From assembly GCF_004010195.1 (NCBI RefSeq), contig NC_057754.1:7062885-7124213 (forward strand): a stretch of DNA of 61,329 bases. Reading direction: 5' to 3'. Within the stretch, counting starts at the first letter, position 1; the number at the start of each line of letters is the position of its first letter. The notes under the pieces were generated by a model. That model was not told the origin of the DNA, made no database searches, and worked only from the letters and a program-made list of their open reading frames with translations. Origin of the DNA: Chiloscyllium plagiosum. Lineage: Eukaryota. Below, one piece after another: positions 45,868 through 59,114 of this stretch. The translations under genes and the position numbers were made by a program.

Positions 45868-46236
45868 AGAGTCATAGAGATGTACAGCACGGAAACAGAC
45901 CCTTCGGTCCAACCCGTCCATGCCGACCAGATATCCCAACCCAATCTGGTCCCACCTGCCAGCACCCGGCCCATATCCCTCCAAACCCTTCCTATTCATA
46001 TACCCATCCAAATGCCTCTTAAATGTTGCAATTGTACCAGCCTCCACCACTTCCTCTGGCAGCTCATTCCATACACGTACCACCCTCTGGGTGAAAAAGT
46101 TGCCCCTTCGATCTCTTTTCTATCTTTCCCCTCTCACCCTAAATCTATGCCCCTCTAGTTCTGGACTCCCCCACCCCAGGGAAAAGACTTTGTCTATTTA
46201 CCCCATCCATGTGCCTCATGGTTTTATAAACCTCTA
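45868..46236 (-). mobile_element. Young CR1 3' end
   Basis: Nearly identical to 4790-5155. Confidence 0.92.
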
Positions 46237-46288
46237 AGATGCAGCGCTGGAAAAAGCACAACAGGTTAGGCAGCATCTGAGGAGCAAG

Positions 46289-46323
46289 AGTCAATGTTTC
46301 GGGCATAACCCTTCATCAGGACT
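46289..46323 (-). ncRNA. Minimal hammerhead motif in a Penelope-type 3' fragment (46240-46420)
   Basis: AGUC-CUGAUGA-AGGG(UUAUG)CCC-GAAA-CAUU-GACU; stem I AGUC/GACU; stem III decayed. Confidence 0.6.
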
Positions 46324-47279
46324 GGGGAAGGGGGCTGAGGGTTAAATGGGTGGGGCTCGGGGAAAGGTAGGTGGGAAGGGCAGAGTGGATAGATGGGAAA
46401 GAAGATGGACACTTAGGTCAGGTCAAGAGGGCAGCAAGCTCTCCCACATTGGCCCCTTTGGCATTCCCTGATTTTACCGCCTCACCAAGGGCTGGACCTG
46501 CCTACTGCTGCCTCCGGCTCCAAGCTCCCAAATCCCAGTCAGGAAAAGAGTGGGAGAATTGTAGGTGACAATGTAATGATTTAGGGACAATGCAGCCATC
46601 TCTTCCCAGTACGTGTAGCCTGGAGAAAGGGTTTCCCCTGCATATTGAAAATTCCCCCTGTGCATGAAAAACCACAAGGGATGCAAACTGGGAAACAATC
46701 AAGACTTTTCAAGAAACGATAAAGAAAAATCAAAAGGAAACTTGAGATATCAAGAGAGAAAGATCATTTAGGAACACTGGACGGCAGGAAATTGAGCGTT
46801 GTGTAGGTTAGGTATACCTTAGATTCAGATTAATGCTAGGCACAACGTAGTGGGCTGAACGGCCTGTACTGTTCTGTGTTCACGGCTGCATAAGACATGG
46901 GAGTGGAAGGAAGGCCATTCGGCCCATCCACTCCGCCATTCAATCGTGGCTGATGGGCATTCCAACCCCACTTACCCGCACTCTCCCCGTGTCCCTTAAT
47001 TCCTTGCGAGATCAAGAACTTATTAATCCCTGCCTTGAAGACATTTAATGTTCCGGCTTCCACTGCGCTCCGTGGCAATGAATTCCACAGGCCCACCACT
47101 CTCTGGCTGAAGAAACGTCTCCTCATTTCCATTCTCAATTGACCCCTCTCTAATTCTAAGGCGGTGTCCAGGAGGGACACACTGGCATTGGCGAGGGAGC
47201 TCCAAACAAACACTGACTGCACATAACCAAAAGAACGGCAGACGCGCCTGCTCTCCCTGCCACAGGTGTGTGGAAACCT

Positions 47280-50035
47280 GACAGGGGTCAGAAAAGATTT
47301 ACAAGCATGTTACCAGGGTTGGAGGATCTGAGCTACAGGGAGAGGCTGAACAGGCTGGGGCTGTCTTCTCTGGAGTGTCGGAGGCTGAGGGGTGACCTTG
47401 TAGAGGTTTACAAAATCATGAGGGTCACGGATAGGATAAACGGACAAAGTCTTTTCCCTGGGGTCGGGGAGTCCAGAAGAGGGCATAGGTTTAGGGTGAG
47501 AGGGGAAAGATTTAGAACAAAGAACATTCCAGCACAGGAACAGGCCCTTCGGCCCCTCCAAGCCTGCGCCAATCCAGATCCTCTCTCTAAACCTGTTGCC
47601 TATTTTCTAAGGATCTGTATCCCTCTGCTCCCTGCCCATTCATGTATCTGTCTGGATACATCTTAAATGATGCTATCAATCCCATCCCTACCACCTCCAC
47701 TGGCAACGCGTTCAAGGTACCCACAACCCTCTGCATGAAGAACCTTCCCCGCTTATGTCCCTTAAACTTTTTCCCCCTCACCTTGAACTCGTGACCCCTA
47801 GTAATTGAGCCCCTTAAAAGGTATACCTACATCTTCCTAATGTCCCAACTCTGGGGAAAAAGCTTCTTACTATCCACCCTGTCTACACCTCTCATGGTTT
47901 TGTAGACCTCAATCAGGTCCCTCCTCAACCTCTCTTTCTATTGAAAATACTCCTATTCTACTCAGTCTCTGTTCATAGCCAGCACCCTCCATACCAGGCA
48001 ACATCCTGGTGAACCCCCTTGCACCCTCTCCAAAGCATCCACATCCTTTTGGTAACATGGTGACCAGAACTGTATGCAGTATTCCAAATGTGGTCGAACT
48101 AAAGTCCTGTACAACTGTAATGTAACCTGCCAACTCTTGTACTCAATACCCCGTCCGATGAAGGAAAGCCTGCTGCATGCCTTCTTGACCACTCTATCGA
48201 CCTACATTGCCACCTTCAGGGTACAATGGACGTGAACACCCAGATCTCTGTACATCAATATCCCCCAGGGCTTTTCCATTTACTGTATAGTTCGCTCTTG
48301 AATCGGATTTCCAAAATGCATCACTTCGTATTTACCCAGATTAAACTCCATCTGCCATTTCTCTGCCCAACTCTCCAATCTATCTATATTCTGCTGTATT
48401 CTCTGACAGTCCCCTTCACTATCTGCTACTCCACAAATCTTAGTGTCATCTGTAAACTCGCTAATCAGACCACCTATACCTTCCTCCAGATCATTTACGT
48501 CTATCACAGACAACTGTGGTCCCAACACGGATCCCTGTGGAACACCACTGGTCACAGGTCTCCATTTTGAGAAACTCCCTTTGACCGCTACACTGTGACT
48601 CCTGCTGCCCAGCCAGTTCTCTATCCGTTTAGCTAGTATACCCTGGACCCCATGCGACTTCACTTTCTCCATCAGCATCCCATGGGGAACCTTATCAAAC
48701 GCCTTATTGAAGTCCATGTATCCTTCCCTCATCAATCAACTTTGTCACTTCATCAAAGAATTCAATTAAGTTGGTAAGACATGACCTTCCCTGCACAAAA
48801 TCATGTTGCCTACCACTGATAAGCCCATTTTCTTTCAAATGTAAATAGATCCTATCCCCTCAGTAGCTTCCCTACCACTGACATCAGGCTCACCCGTCTA
48901 TAATTACCTGGATTAACCCTGGTATCCTTCTTTAATAAGGAGACACCCGTAGCAATTCCCCAGTCCTCCCCTATGTCCAAGGATGCTGCAAAGATATCTG
49001 TTAAAGCACCAGCTATTTCCTCTCTCTCTTTTCCCTCCGTAACCTGGGGAAGATCCCATCCGGACCTGGGGACTTGTCCACCTTAATGTCTTTAAGAATA
49101 CCCAACAATTCCTCTCTCCTTGTGCCGACTTGACCACGAGTAATCAAACATCTATCCCTGACCTCAACATCCGGCATGTCCCTCTCCTCGGTGAATACCA
49201 ATGCAAAGTACTCGTTAAGAATCTCACCCATTCTCTCTGAGTCCTCACATAACTTTCTGCCTTTGTCCTTGAGTGGGCCAACCCTTTCTCGAGTTACCCT
49301 CTTTCTCCTTATATATTAATAATAGACTTTGGGATTTGCTAAAGATATTTCATGATCCCTTTTAGCCCTCTTAATTCTTCGTTTCAGATTGGTCCTACAT
49401 TCCCATATTCTTCTGTAGCTTTATCTGTCTTCAGTCACCTAGCCCTTATGTATACATCCTTTTTCCTCTTAGCTAGTCTCACAATTTCACCTGACATCTT
49501 TGTTTCCCTAATCTTGCCATTTCTATCTCTCAGTTTCACGGGAACATCTCTCACCTGAACTCTAATCAGCCTCTCATTAAGTGTTCCACGTATTGAATGT
49601 GGATTTCCCTTTAAAGGCCTGCTCCCAGTCCACATTCCCCAGCTCCTGCCGAATTTTGCTATAGTTGGCCTTGCCCCCAGTTTAGCACTCTTCCTTTAGG
49701 ACCACTCTCGTCTTTATCCATGAGTATCCTAAAACTTACGGAATTGTGATCACTATTCCCAAAGTAATCCCCTCCTGAAACTTCACCCACCTGGCCGGGC
49801 TCACTCCCCAACACCGGGTCCAGTATGGCTCCTTCCCGAGTTGGAGTATTTACATAATGCTCTAGAAAACCCTCCTGGATGCTCCTTACAAATTCTGCTC
49901 CACCCAGACCTCTAACACTCAGTGATCCCAGACCATGTTGGGAAAATTAAAATCTCCCATCACCACCACCCTGCTGCTCCTACATCGTTCCATAATCTGA
50001 TTACGTATTTGTATCTTTATCTCACGCTGGCTATT
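47280..50035. mobile_element. CR1 (+) fragment (47280-47514, resuming at 50155-50510) interrupted by a long CR1 (-) at 47515-50035
   Basis: The minus copy has [29 protein letters not shown] and endonuclease motifs. Confidence 0.88.
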
Positions 50036-50540
50036 GTAAGGTAATAGGGTAGTGGCGTGGGTCTGGGTGGATTATTCTTCGGAGGGTTGGTGTGCACTCG
50101 TTGGGCCCAGTGGCCTGTTTCCACACTGTAGGGATTTTATGATTTCTATGATTATTGAGTTATATAAAATCATGATGGACATGGATAGGGTAAATACGTA
50201 AAGTTTATTCCCCGGGGATGGGGCCTCCAGAACTAGAGGGCATAGGTTTCAGTTGAGAGGGGAAAGATTTAAAAGGGACCTAAGGGGCAAATCTTTCACG
50301 CAGAGGGTGGTGTGTGTGTGTGTGGAATGAGGTGCCAGAGGAAGTGGTGGAGGATGGTACAAATACATCATTTAAAAGACACCTGGGATGGGAAGAGTTT
50401 AGAGGGATATGGGCCAAATGGGACGAGATTGATTTAGGATATCTGGTCTGCATGGATGAATTGGACTGAAGGTCTGATTCTGTGTTGTACATCTCTATGA
50501 CTCTATAACTCACCTAGTACCACTCTCACCCACTACTCCA

Positions 50541-50670
50541 CTGGGAGAAAACAGTACATGCCTGAAGAACATTCACTCATAGCAGTCATCTTGGAGTGGG
50601 GGAAGCATTTCTGGCATCACGCCTTTATTTGGAAACCCTTTATTTGGAAAGCTTGACTCCTGAGATTAAA
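50541..50670 (+). mobile_element. Second short copy of the Gypsy leader and gag start
   Basis: GGGAGAAAACAGTACATGCCTGAAGAACATTC...GCCTTTATTTGGA matches 52277-52380. Confidence 0.85.
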
Positions 50671-50676
50671 GGTATG

Positions 50677-50830
50677 CTGTCTCTCTGTCTCTCTCTGTCT
50701 CTCTGTCTGTCTGTCTCTCTGTCTCTCTCTGTCTCTCTGTCTCTTTGTCTCTCTCTGTCTCTCTGACTCTCTCTGTCTCTCTGTCTGTCTCTCTGTCTCT
50801 TTGTCTCTCTGTCTCTCTCTCTCTCTATCT
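50677..50830. repeat. (CT)/(CTGT) compound microsatellite
   Basis: Read directly. Confidence 0.95.
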
Positions 50831-51232
50831 TGCTTTAGCTCCTCCACCTCACTGGCACCGGGATAAATTTAAGTGCTTTATTTACCCAGTCACCAATGAC
50901 CAGTTACATATTTTTATCGCCATTCCATTTTAGAATGAAAAGATCCACCGACCAGGCTTCTTGAATAAACCGCAAAATTACTGATTCAGGATTTAAAAAG
51001 CATTAGACTTACTTAGCAAAGGTAGAAAGCTGATTAGCTCACAGTTTTAAACATAAAAATATAAATATTTACGCGTCTAAATAAATCTCGCACACATACA
51101 TTTGTAGATCAACTAATGAAAACTAAAAAAACTTTCTCTGTGATGAGATTAATTAAAATAAACACTAACTAATAGTTGTTAGTTGTCAGAAGCATTAAGA
51201 TCCCAACTGATGTTATTACTGGACAAATCTTA

Positions 51233-51745
51233 TTTCCCTTCTATCGGAAAGAACTTGAAAGAGTTCTGAAAAGATTTACAAGGATGTTGCCAGGGGTTGG
51301 AGGGCTTGAGTTATCGGGAGAGGCTGAATGGACTGGGGCTGTTTTTCGTGGAGGGTCGGAGGCTGAGGAGTGACCTTGTAGAGGTTTATCAAGTCATGCT
51401 GGGCATGGATAGGGGAAATAGCCAAGGTCTTTTCCCTAAGGTGGGGGGAGTCCAGAACTAGAGGGTGTAGGTTTAAGCTGAGAGGGGAAAGATTTAAAAG
51501 GGACCCAAGGGGCAACGTTTTCACACAGAGGGTGGTGCGTGTATGCAATGAGCTGCCAGAGGAAGTGGTGGAGGCTGGTACAATGACAAGGCATCTGGAT
51601 GGGGTCTTGAATAGGAAGGGTTTAGGGGGATATGGGCCAAGTGCTGGCAAATGGGACTAGATTAATTTAGGCCATCTGGTCAGTATGGATGAGTTGGACG
51701 GAAGGGTCTGTTTCCATGCTGTACATCTCTGGGACTCCATGACTG
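51233..51745 (+). mobile_element. CR1 3' fragment
   Basis: ERVLKRFTRMLPG...ELPEEVVEAG, tail. Confidence 0.9.
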
Positions 51746-53341
51746 TAAGTCAGATGCCACCCTGAAAAAGGGCTTGACAAATCATATTATTTTTACTTTG
51801 TTTTCAGCAAGATTGCCTTTCACAGAAATACAAATGTGTGATGCTACAGATTCAGGTTTACATTAACAGGGATGTTTATTATGCAAACGATAAAATAAAA
51901 CAAATCAACACGATGACGTGGAACACAAATTTAAAGGTTTCAGAACACGTATTTGTCAGGAGAAAATTGTAGCTGGTCTGTGGGCTATCTTCAAGGATTA
52001 CAAATGCATCTTTCTTGGCCGACAGATTCTAAAGGGGAGGTGGAATGTGGAGCTCCTGGGTTGGAAGCAGGGGCACTGTGAGGCCCTTGGCTGGGGTTGT
52101 AACCTGAGCCAATCAGGAAAACCCCGGCTGACCAATATTAACAGGAGATTCAGAATCTCCTCAGTTCAGGGACTGACTCTGAGCTGGCTGTCCACAGCCT
52201 CTGCTCTGTGCCCAAGTAAATAAAGGGTGACTTGGTGATGGGATACGAGTCTCAGTGCAGTTATTTCAGTGTGGATGGGAGAAAACAGTACGCGCCTGAA
52301 GAACATTCGCTCGCAGCAGTCATCTTGGAGTGGGGTAAGCATTTCTGGCATCATGCCTTTATTTGGATAGCTTGACTCATTTAATCCTGCTGTTGAAGAC
52401 TTGGCCCAGTATGTCGAAAGAATGTGATATATTTTCCAGGCAAATGATTATTGGGGCAGAAGAAAAGCAATGAGTAATCCTTCAGACTGCTTGCAGATCT
52501 GCAGCATTTTCGGTTATAAGGGGCTTAACTTTCCCAGAGGCACCAGACACTAAAACCTTCCAAGAGTTGCCAGATTTGGTTAAGGAATGTTACAACCTCA
52601 AACCTCCTCTAATCCTGAGACACCATCGGTTTTATTCAGCTGTTAGAGAATCGGGGGAATCTGTTTTGGGTTTTTTTGGTGAGGTTGAGATGACTGGCAG
52701 AGGCATGTGACTTTCGGTTAGCCCTGAATGAGATGCTGAGAAATGGTTTGGTATGTGAGATTAATGACGTAACCAGACAGAAGCGGCTACCAGCTGAGGC
52801 TCAACTGGACTTCAGACAGGCACTACGGCTGGCTTTGTCCTTAGAAGATGTGGCAAGTGGAGCATGGGAACTATAGGGCATCTCAATGGAAGTGGACACC
52901 TTCACCCTGTCCGGCTGAGCTTGAGGAACACCACTTGAGTGTAGGCAAACCCAGAGCCTCAGGCAGGACGTATCCTGAGCAGAGGGACCCTAGGCCAGCC
53001 CACAGCAGATACCTCACAATAAATTCAAGCCTCAGTCAAGTGGCTAAAAAGTTCTTCAGCATCTGGACCACAAGTCATTGTAGGTGCTGACTCGGGACAG
53101 TAAAGGAGTCCTACAAGCCCTGACTTGAGTAAGAAATCTCCTGGGCTGGTATACAGGAGAGTGCACACCCTGGAAAGTCCCCTTACATGTGCATTGAAAT
53201 AAGTAAATTGCTTAGTGACATCCAAGTCGGGAGCGATTAAAATGAATGTTTAGTTAAATGCTCACCCAGCTCCCACGGAGGTCGATACTTGAGCAGCAGC
53301 AGCTGCAGAATTTGTCTTTAACAATATTCACTCAGGACTCC

Positions 53342-53865
53342 TGTGATAATGCTGTCACTTCAAAAAGGTTATTTCATCCTTGGTTTGATTTGAAGAGAGG
53401 TGCTGAAGGGTCTAGCTTAGCAATGGAAGGGGAGTGACCAGTTCTCCCAGTTCAGAGTTTTTTCCCCAGTTTGTTTTAGCTGTAACAGTCACAAGATGTT
53501 GGAGACCAGGGGTGTTGCAACTCCAGTAAAGATTCCTCTGACTTGCTTTGAAATCTCTCTCTGGACGTTGCTCCCTCCTGCCGGTAACAATCTGTGTTTG
53601 GATTTCCCTTTTTGCCAATGGGTATGTTAATTAGTAATAGTTATTATATTGGATCAGTTACGTTTTCCAATAGTTACGTTATGCTAAATTCCACTTTCTT
53701 TTATTTGTGTTTCAACTGTAGTGTTTAAATGAATTGTATTTCACTTAAAGCTGGGTGGTTTTGACCACCTGGAACACATTTCACATCTGCTTTTAAAATA
53801 TTAAAAGTTCGAGTCTAGGCTACCTTCTTAAAATATTTTGAGAGAGTCTGGCCTGGTCCATAACA
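53342..53865 (+). mobile_element. Solo LTR-like element inserted in the Gypsy protease region
   Basis: TGTGATAATGCTGT...GAGTCTGGCCTGGTCCATAACA. Confidence 0.8.
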
Positions 53866-54120
53866 CTTTATCCCTCAAGCTTGCACAAGACCTCAGCCAA
53901 ACTGAGAATATACACTGGGGAGCCATTGCAGATTAAGGGTATGACTTTGGTTCCAGTCTCCTATGAGAAGCAGTTGGTGTAGCTACCCTCTTGGTAGTGA
54001 AAAGCTCGAACCCAAGCCTACCCGGGTGGAATTGGTTGAGAAAGATTCATCTTGATTGGCTCAACATTTTTCAATTAGAAAATGGCTGCCTCGGTGAAGT
54101 CCTACTAAAATACCCTGGAG

Positions 54121-55318
54121 TTAGCGAGTTTTGAGAAGAGTTTGAGGTTATGGATATAGGTTTGCTCACTGAGCTGGATGGTTCATTTTCAGATGTTTCA
54201 TCACCATACACGGTCACATCTTCAGTGAGCCACTGGACGAAGCACTGCTGATGATTCCTGCTTTCTATTTATATACTTGGGTTTCCTTGGGTTGGTGACG
54301 TAATTTCATGTTCTTTTTCTCAGGGGGTGGTAAATGGGATCCAAGTCAATGTGTTTGTTGATAGAGTTCCGGTTGGAATGCCATGCTTTTAGGAATTCTT
54401 GTGCATGTCTCTGTTTGGCTTGTCCTAGGATGGATGTGTTGTCCCAGTCGAAGTGGTGTCCTTCCTTATCTGTCTGTAAGGATACTAGTGAGAGAGGGTC
54501 ATGTCGTTTTGTGGTTAGTTGATGTTCATGTATGCTGGTGGCTAGTTTTCTGCCTGTTTGTCTAATGTAGTGTTTGTTATAGTTCTTGCATGGTATTTTG
54601 TAAATGACATTAGTTTTGCTTGAGAAATCTGCTGATTTCTCAGCAACAAACCCAAACAAGCAGACAAAACGCATCCAGTAACCCGAGACACTCTCCCCTA
54701 CATCAAAACATCTCAGAAATGACTGCCAGACTACGGAGACCTCTTGGCATCATGGGAGCCCACAAACCCACCAACACACTAAAACAGCAGCTAATGAACT
54801 TGAAAGACCCTAGACGGACAACAAGCAAAACTAATGTCATTTACAAAATACCGTGCAAGGACTGTAACAAACACTACGTTGGACAAACAGGCAGAAAACT
54901 AGCCACCAGGATACATGAACATCAACTAGCCACAAAACAACAGGACTCTCTCTCACGAGTATCCTTACATACGGATCAGGAAGAACACCACTTCGACTGG
55001 GATAACACATCCATCCTAGGATAAGCACGCACGAGAATTCCTAGAAACATGGAATTCCAACTGGAACTCTATCAACAAACACATTGACTTGGATTCCCAT
55101 TTACCACCCCCTGAGAAAAGAACAGGAAATGACATCGCCATAGGAAGTGACATCACCACAGGAAATGACACCACCAACCCAAGGAAACCCAAACATATAA
55201 ATAGAAAGCAGGAAACAACAACAGTGCTTCATCCGGAGGCTCACTGAACATATTACCTAGTACGGTGACAAATCATCTGAAAATGAACCTTCCAGCTTAG
55301 TGAGCAAACCTACATCCA
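54121..55318. mobile_element. Penelope-like element with an inverted 3' segment (GIY-YIG endonuclease remnants)
   Basis: KTNVIYKIPCK..NKHY.GQTGRKLAT.IHEH appears on both strands (54150-54620 minus; 54640-55318 plus). Confidence 0.92.
54189..54228 (-). ncRNA. Minimal hammerhead motif, partly decayed
   Basis: UCA-CUGAAGA-UGUGACC(GUGUAU)GGUGAU-GAAA-CAUC-UGA. Confidence 0.55.
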
Positions 55319-56584
55319 TACCCAGGCGTATTTCAGTAAGGGCTTGGGCCTATCAAAGGGGCCAAAGCCACTTTATGTGTTGGCCAGGATGCAACTCCAA
55401 GACCCTGTGAGGCCCGCCCGGTGCCGTTTATCCTGTGGACAAAAGTCGAGGCAGAAATCAGGAAGGTGGGGAGCGAAGCAATCACCAAAGCAGTGCAGTT
55501 TGCCGAATGGGCAGCACCACCACTACCAGTTGTTAAGGCTGAGGGCTCAGTCCACCTTTGTAGGGATTTTAAGCAAATGATAAACAGCTTCTCGCAGCTG
55601 GATAAATACCTGATCCCTCGCATAGAGGACTTGTAGGGAAGGTGAGGGAGGGGGCTATCCTTTACAAAGCTGGACATGAGCCACACCTACCTGCAATTGC
55701 AATTGGATGAGGAGTCCCAGAACTACGCTACAATTAATATCCATAAGGATTGATATCAACATACAAGACTGCCATTTGGGGTGCCATCAGCCTGTGCTCT
55801 TTTCCAATGGACCATGGCAAATAGTTTACATGGACCATACCAGGTTGCCATTTATCTGGATGGTGAAGGCCAATTAAAAAAAACTCTTGGAGAACTTAGA
55901 CATAGTGCTTCAATGTTTCTCCCAGGCAGGAGTGCACGTTAGAAGGGAAAGAAATACGTGTTCCAGGTGCCCAAAGTGACCTTGGGTTCCGGAGTCGACA
56001 AAATCAGGTTACACCCGTTGGGAGATAAAGTGAGGGTGATCAAAGGAGGCCTGGCTCCCATGTCTGTACCAGAGCTTAGGTCCTTCCCTGGGGTTAGTGA
56101 ATTCTTATGGAAAATGCGTACTTAACATGGCCTCCACCTTGGCATCCTTACACCTGTTATTGAAAAAGGGTCAGCCTTGGAAATGGTTGCGTAGCCAAGA
56201 AGCAGTCTTTAGGGAAGTGAAAAAGCAGCTGTCATCATCTAAGGTCTTGGCCCACCGCATTCTGAAGCGAGAGGTGGTGCTGATGTGTGATGCATCCCCA
56301 TACGGCTGACCGCTGGCTCAACGGAGAGGAACGCCTCACCGCGTATGCTTCCAGGACATAGGCTGATGCCGAACGCAAATATGCCCAGATAGAGAAGGAA
56401 GGTTTAGCTGGGGTCATGTTTGGTGTGAGGAAGTTCTACCAGTACCTTTACGGACAGGAATTTGTCATTGCAACAAGTCACAAATTTGGGAGTGACTTGT
56501 TTACGTTTGGTGTATGTGCATGTGTGTCTGTTTGTGTGTGTATGCATGTGTGTGTCTGTATGATGTGTGTGTTTGTGTGTGTGT

Positions 56585-57158
56585 TGTTATGGACCAGGCC
56601 AGACTCCCTCAAAACATTTGAAGAAGGTAGCCCAGACCCTAACTTGGCTAGTTGTTTTGAGCAGGTGTATAGTGGATATTCCAGGAGTGATGAGGCTGGC
56701 CCAACCCTCAGTTTTAAACAAAACAGAATTTATTTACAGAGTACCGAATGTAACATGAACAAAAGAGGACCGAATTTAGAATAACTTCACTGATCTGAAA
56801 ACCCAGTCTGCTCCATCGCAACTTAGTGCTGCTGTTCCAAATACTTGCTACATCCCATAAACATCCGCCTTGGCAAAAAAGGTAAGATGAAACACAGATT
56901 CTTACAGGAGACAGCTGTCAGAGAGAGAGGGAGGATCAGGATGGAGCTCATTCTTTGAGCAGCAGCCTCTAACAGGCTGCTTGCTAAAACTTGGGCTGGG
57001 AGAACTGGTCATTCTTTAATTGTACAAGATTTTTAAAAAAATTAAAAAGTCTTTTCAAGTAGATATTTCCAGACATATCGGGACCTCTGCCTTTATGACC
57101 CCGCTGAAAAAAAAATCAAGAATAACATAGCTTTGTCAAAGGAGAAAAAATTGTCACA
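56585..57158 (-). mobile_element. Solo LTR-like element, same family, within TG-rich simple sequence
   Basis: Plus strand TGTTATGGACCAGGCCAGACTCCCTCAAAA...ATTGTCACA. Confidence 0.8.
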
Positions 57159-57228
57159 CAATGTGCATATGTTCATGTGTGCATGTACATATGTGTATGT
57201 ATCTGTATGTATGTTTTTATCTGTGCTC

Positions 57229-57266
<38 letters not shown>

Positions 57267-57344
57267 CTCGCCATCAATGTCGCAGAAATGTTGGAATTTG
57301 TTGGGTTTCCCAGCCACGAACGTTTGGATAGAAATCTTAAAGTT

Positions 57345-57682
57345 CATAGAATCCCTATAATATGGAAGCAGGCCATTTGGCCCAGTGGGTCCACACTGAC
57401 CTCCTGAGGAGCATCCCACTCAGATATACCCCCTATAATCTCACATTCCCCATGGCTAACCCACTTAACCTGCACATCCCAGGGCACTATGGGACAATTT
57501 AGCACGGCCAATCCACCCTAACCTGCACATCCCTGGGCTGTGGGAAGAAACCGGTGCACCCAGACTAAACCCACGTAGACAATGGGGAGAACATGCAAAC
57601 TCCCCACAGACAGTTGCCCAAGGGTGGAATCAAACCCAAGTCCCTGGCACCGTTAGGCAGCAGTGCTAACCACTGAGCTGCA
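57345..57682 (-). mobile_element. HE1-type SINE
   Basis: Same family, diverged. Confidence 0.88.
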
Positions 57683-58231
57683 CAGTCTGTAGATTTGACA
57701 AAAGTTAAGGTCATCGGAATTGATTTCAAAAGTATAAAAGTAGGGAGGTTTTGCTAGGCACTAGTCAGACCACATAGCTGCAATACAGTATGCAGAGTTG
57801 GTCCCCTTAACCAAGGGATTGGGAGTTCAGAGAATGTCCTTGGGCTGATACCAGGTATGGGCAGACTGTGTTATACGGAAATATTGAGTAGGTTGGGCCT
57901 GTACCCATTGGAGCTTAAAAGAATGAAAGGTGACCTTCTTGAGACATGCAAGATTCTTAAAGGGACTTAACAGGAGGGATGAGGAAACGATGTTCCTATC
58001 TTTTGTTTTTTATCTTATGTAAGGGATAAAGCTGTGCTGTTAATTGTTTTAAAATATGGAATCCTCAAAAGCTACAAAAGGGGTGTGAATGAGGGTATAC
58101 GAATTCTTAGTTCACAAACGACTCTGAGGAGACACCTCACCCGATCCCTGTGACTGCCTCTGAATAGTCAGGATGATGTCTGGCATTTGAAGAGACAATG
58201 TTCCTGCAGTGATTGGGACGAGGGCCAAGAG

Positions 58232-58731
58232 NNNNNNNNNNNNNNNNNNNNNNNNNNNNNNNNNNNNNNNNNNNNNNNNNNNNNNNNNNNNNNNNNNNNN
58301 NNNNNNNNNNNNNNNNNNNNNNNNNNNNNNNNNNNNNNNNNNNNNNNNNNNNNNNNNNNNNNNNNNNNNNNNNNNNNNNNNNNNNNNNNNNNNNNNNNNN
58401 NNNNNNNNNNNNNNNNNNNNNNNNNNNNNNNNNNNNNNNNNNNNNNNNNNNNNNNNNNNNNNNNNNNNNNNNNNNNNNNNNNNNNNNNNNNNNNNNNNNN
58501 NNNNNNNNNNNNNNNNNNNNNNNNNNNNNNNNNNNNNNNNNNNNNNNNNNNNNNNNNNNNNNNNNNNNNNNNNNNNNNNNNNNNNNNNNNNNNNNNNNNN
58601 NNNNNNNNNNNNNNNNNNNNNNNNNNNNNNNNNNNNNNNNNNNNNNNNNNNNNNNNNNNNNNNNNNNNNNNNNNNNNNNNNNNNNNNNNNNNNNNNNNNN
58701 NNNNNNNNNNNNNNNNNNNNNNNNNNNNNNN
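58232..58731. other. Assembly gap (500 N)
   Basis: Run of N; the other gaps are 21026-21775 and 59318-59517. Confidence 1.
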
Positions 58732-59114
58732 CCCCATTGCCCTTGCAAACCACAGAAAAGATCGCTGATGTGTTCCTGCCAGCTACCCACCAATCTCACC
58801 ACTCACAACCATACAACACACGCTCCTGTCAACGGAGACCACCCTCAGCATTGACCAAGCTGTTATCTGTGAGGGGCACAGCATGTGAAGGGAGTTCTGG
58901 CAATCACCACCTCCATCAATGATATCCAACAGAACCAGAAGGCCAGCAATGTGCCCGGGGGGGGGACACCGGGTGACACTCTGCGTCTGTTCCGAAAACT
59001 GACTAGACAGAGCCCCCAACACAGGTGGAGGGGGAAGCTCTCGAAACACTCCAGCACAACAACACATTTTCAAGTCCACCTTGGGCCCGAAGAGCAGCCA
59101 ACGGACTATCAACA

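Larger units (their letters stand above)
52046..56480 (+). mobile_element. Decayed Gypsy/Ty3 LTR retrotransposon (5' LTR, gag, protease, RT, RNase H; integrase and 3' LTR missing)
   Basis: Putative LTR TG...TTCA at 52046-52268 with CCAAT and AATAAA. gag from 52353 (MPLFG*LDSFNPAVEDLAQYVERM). Protease SAKLRIYTGEPLQIKG. RT EWAAPPLPVVKAEGSVHLCRDFK...YLIPRIEDL, RLPFGVPSA, YLDG. RNase H CDASPYG, YAQIEKEGL. Confidence 0.9.

Noticed and set aside
45740..45868. Plus-strand acceptor-like site (tttgtttttcctcag) suggesting an antisense gene
   Set aside because: No donor, partner exons or recognisable protein; surrounded by LINE debris
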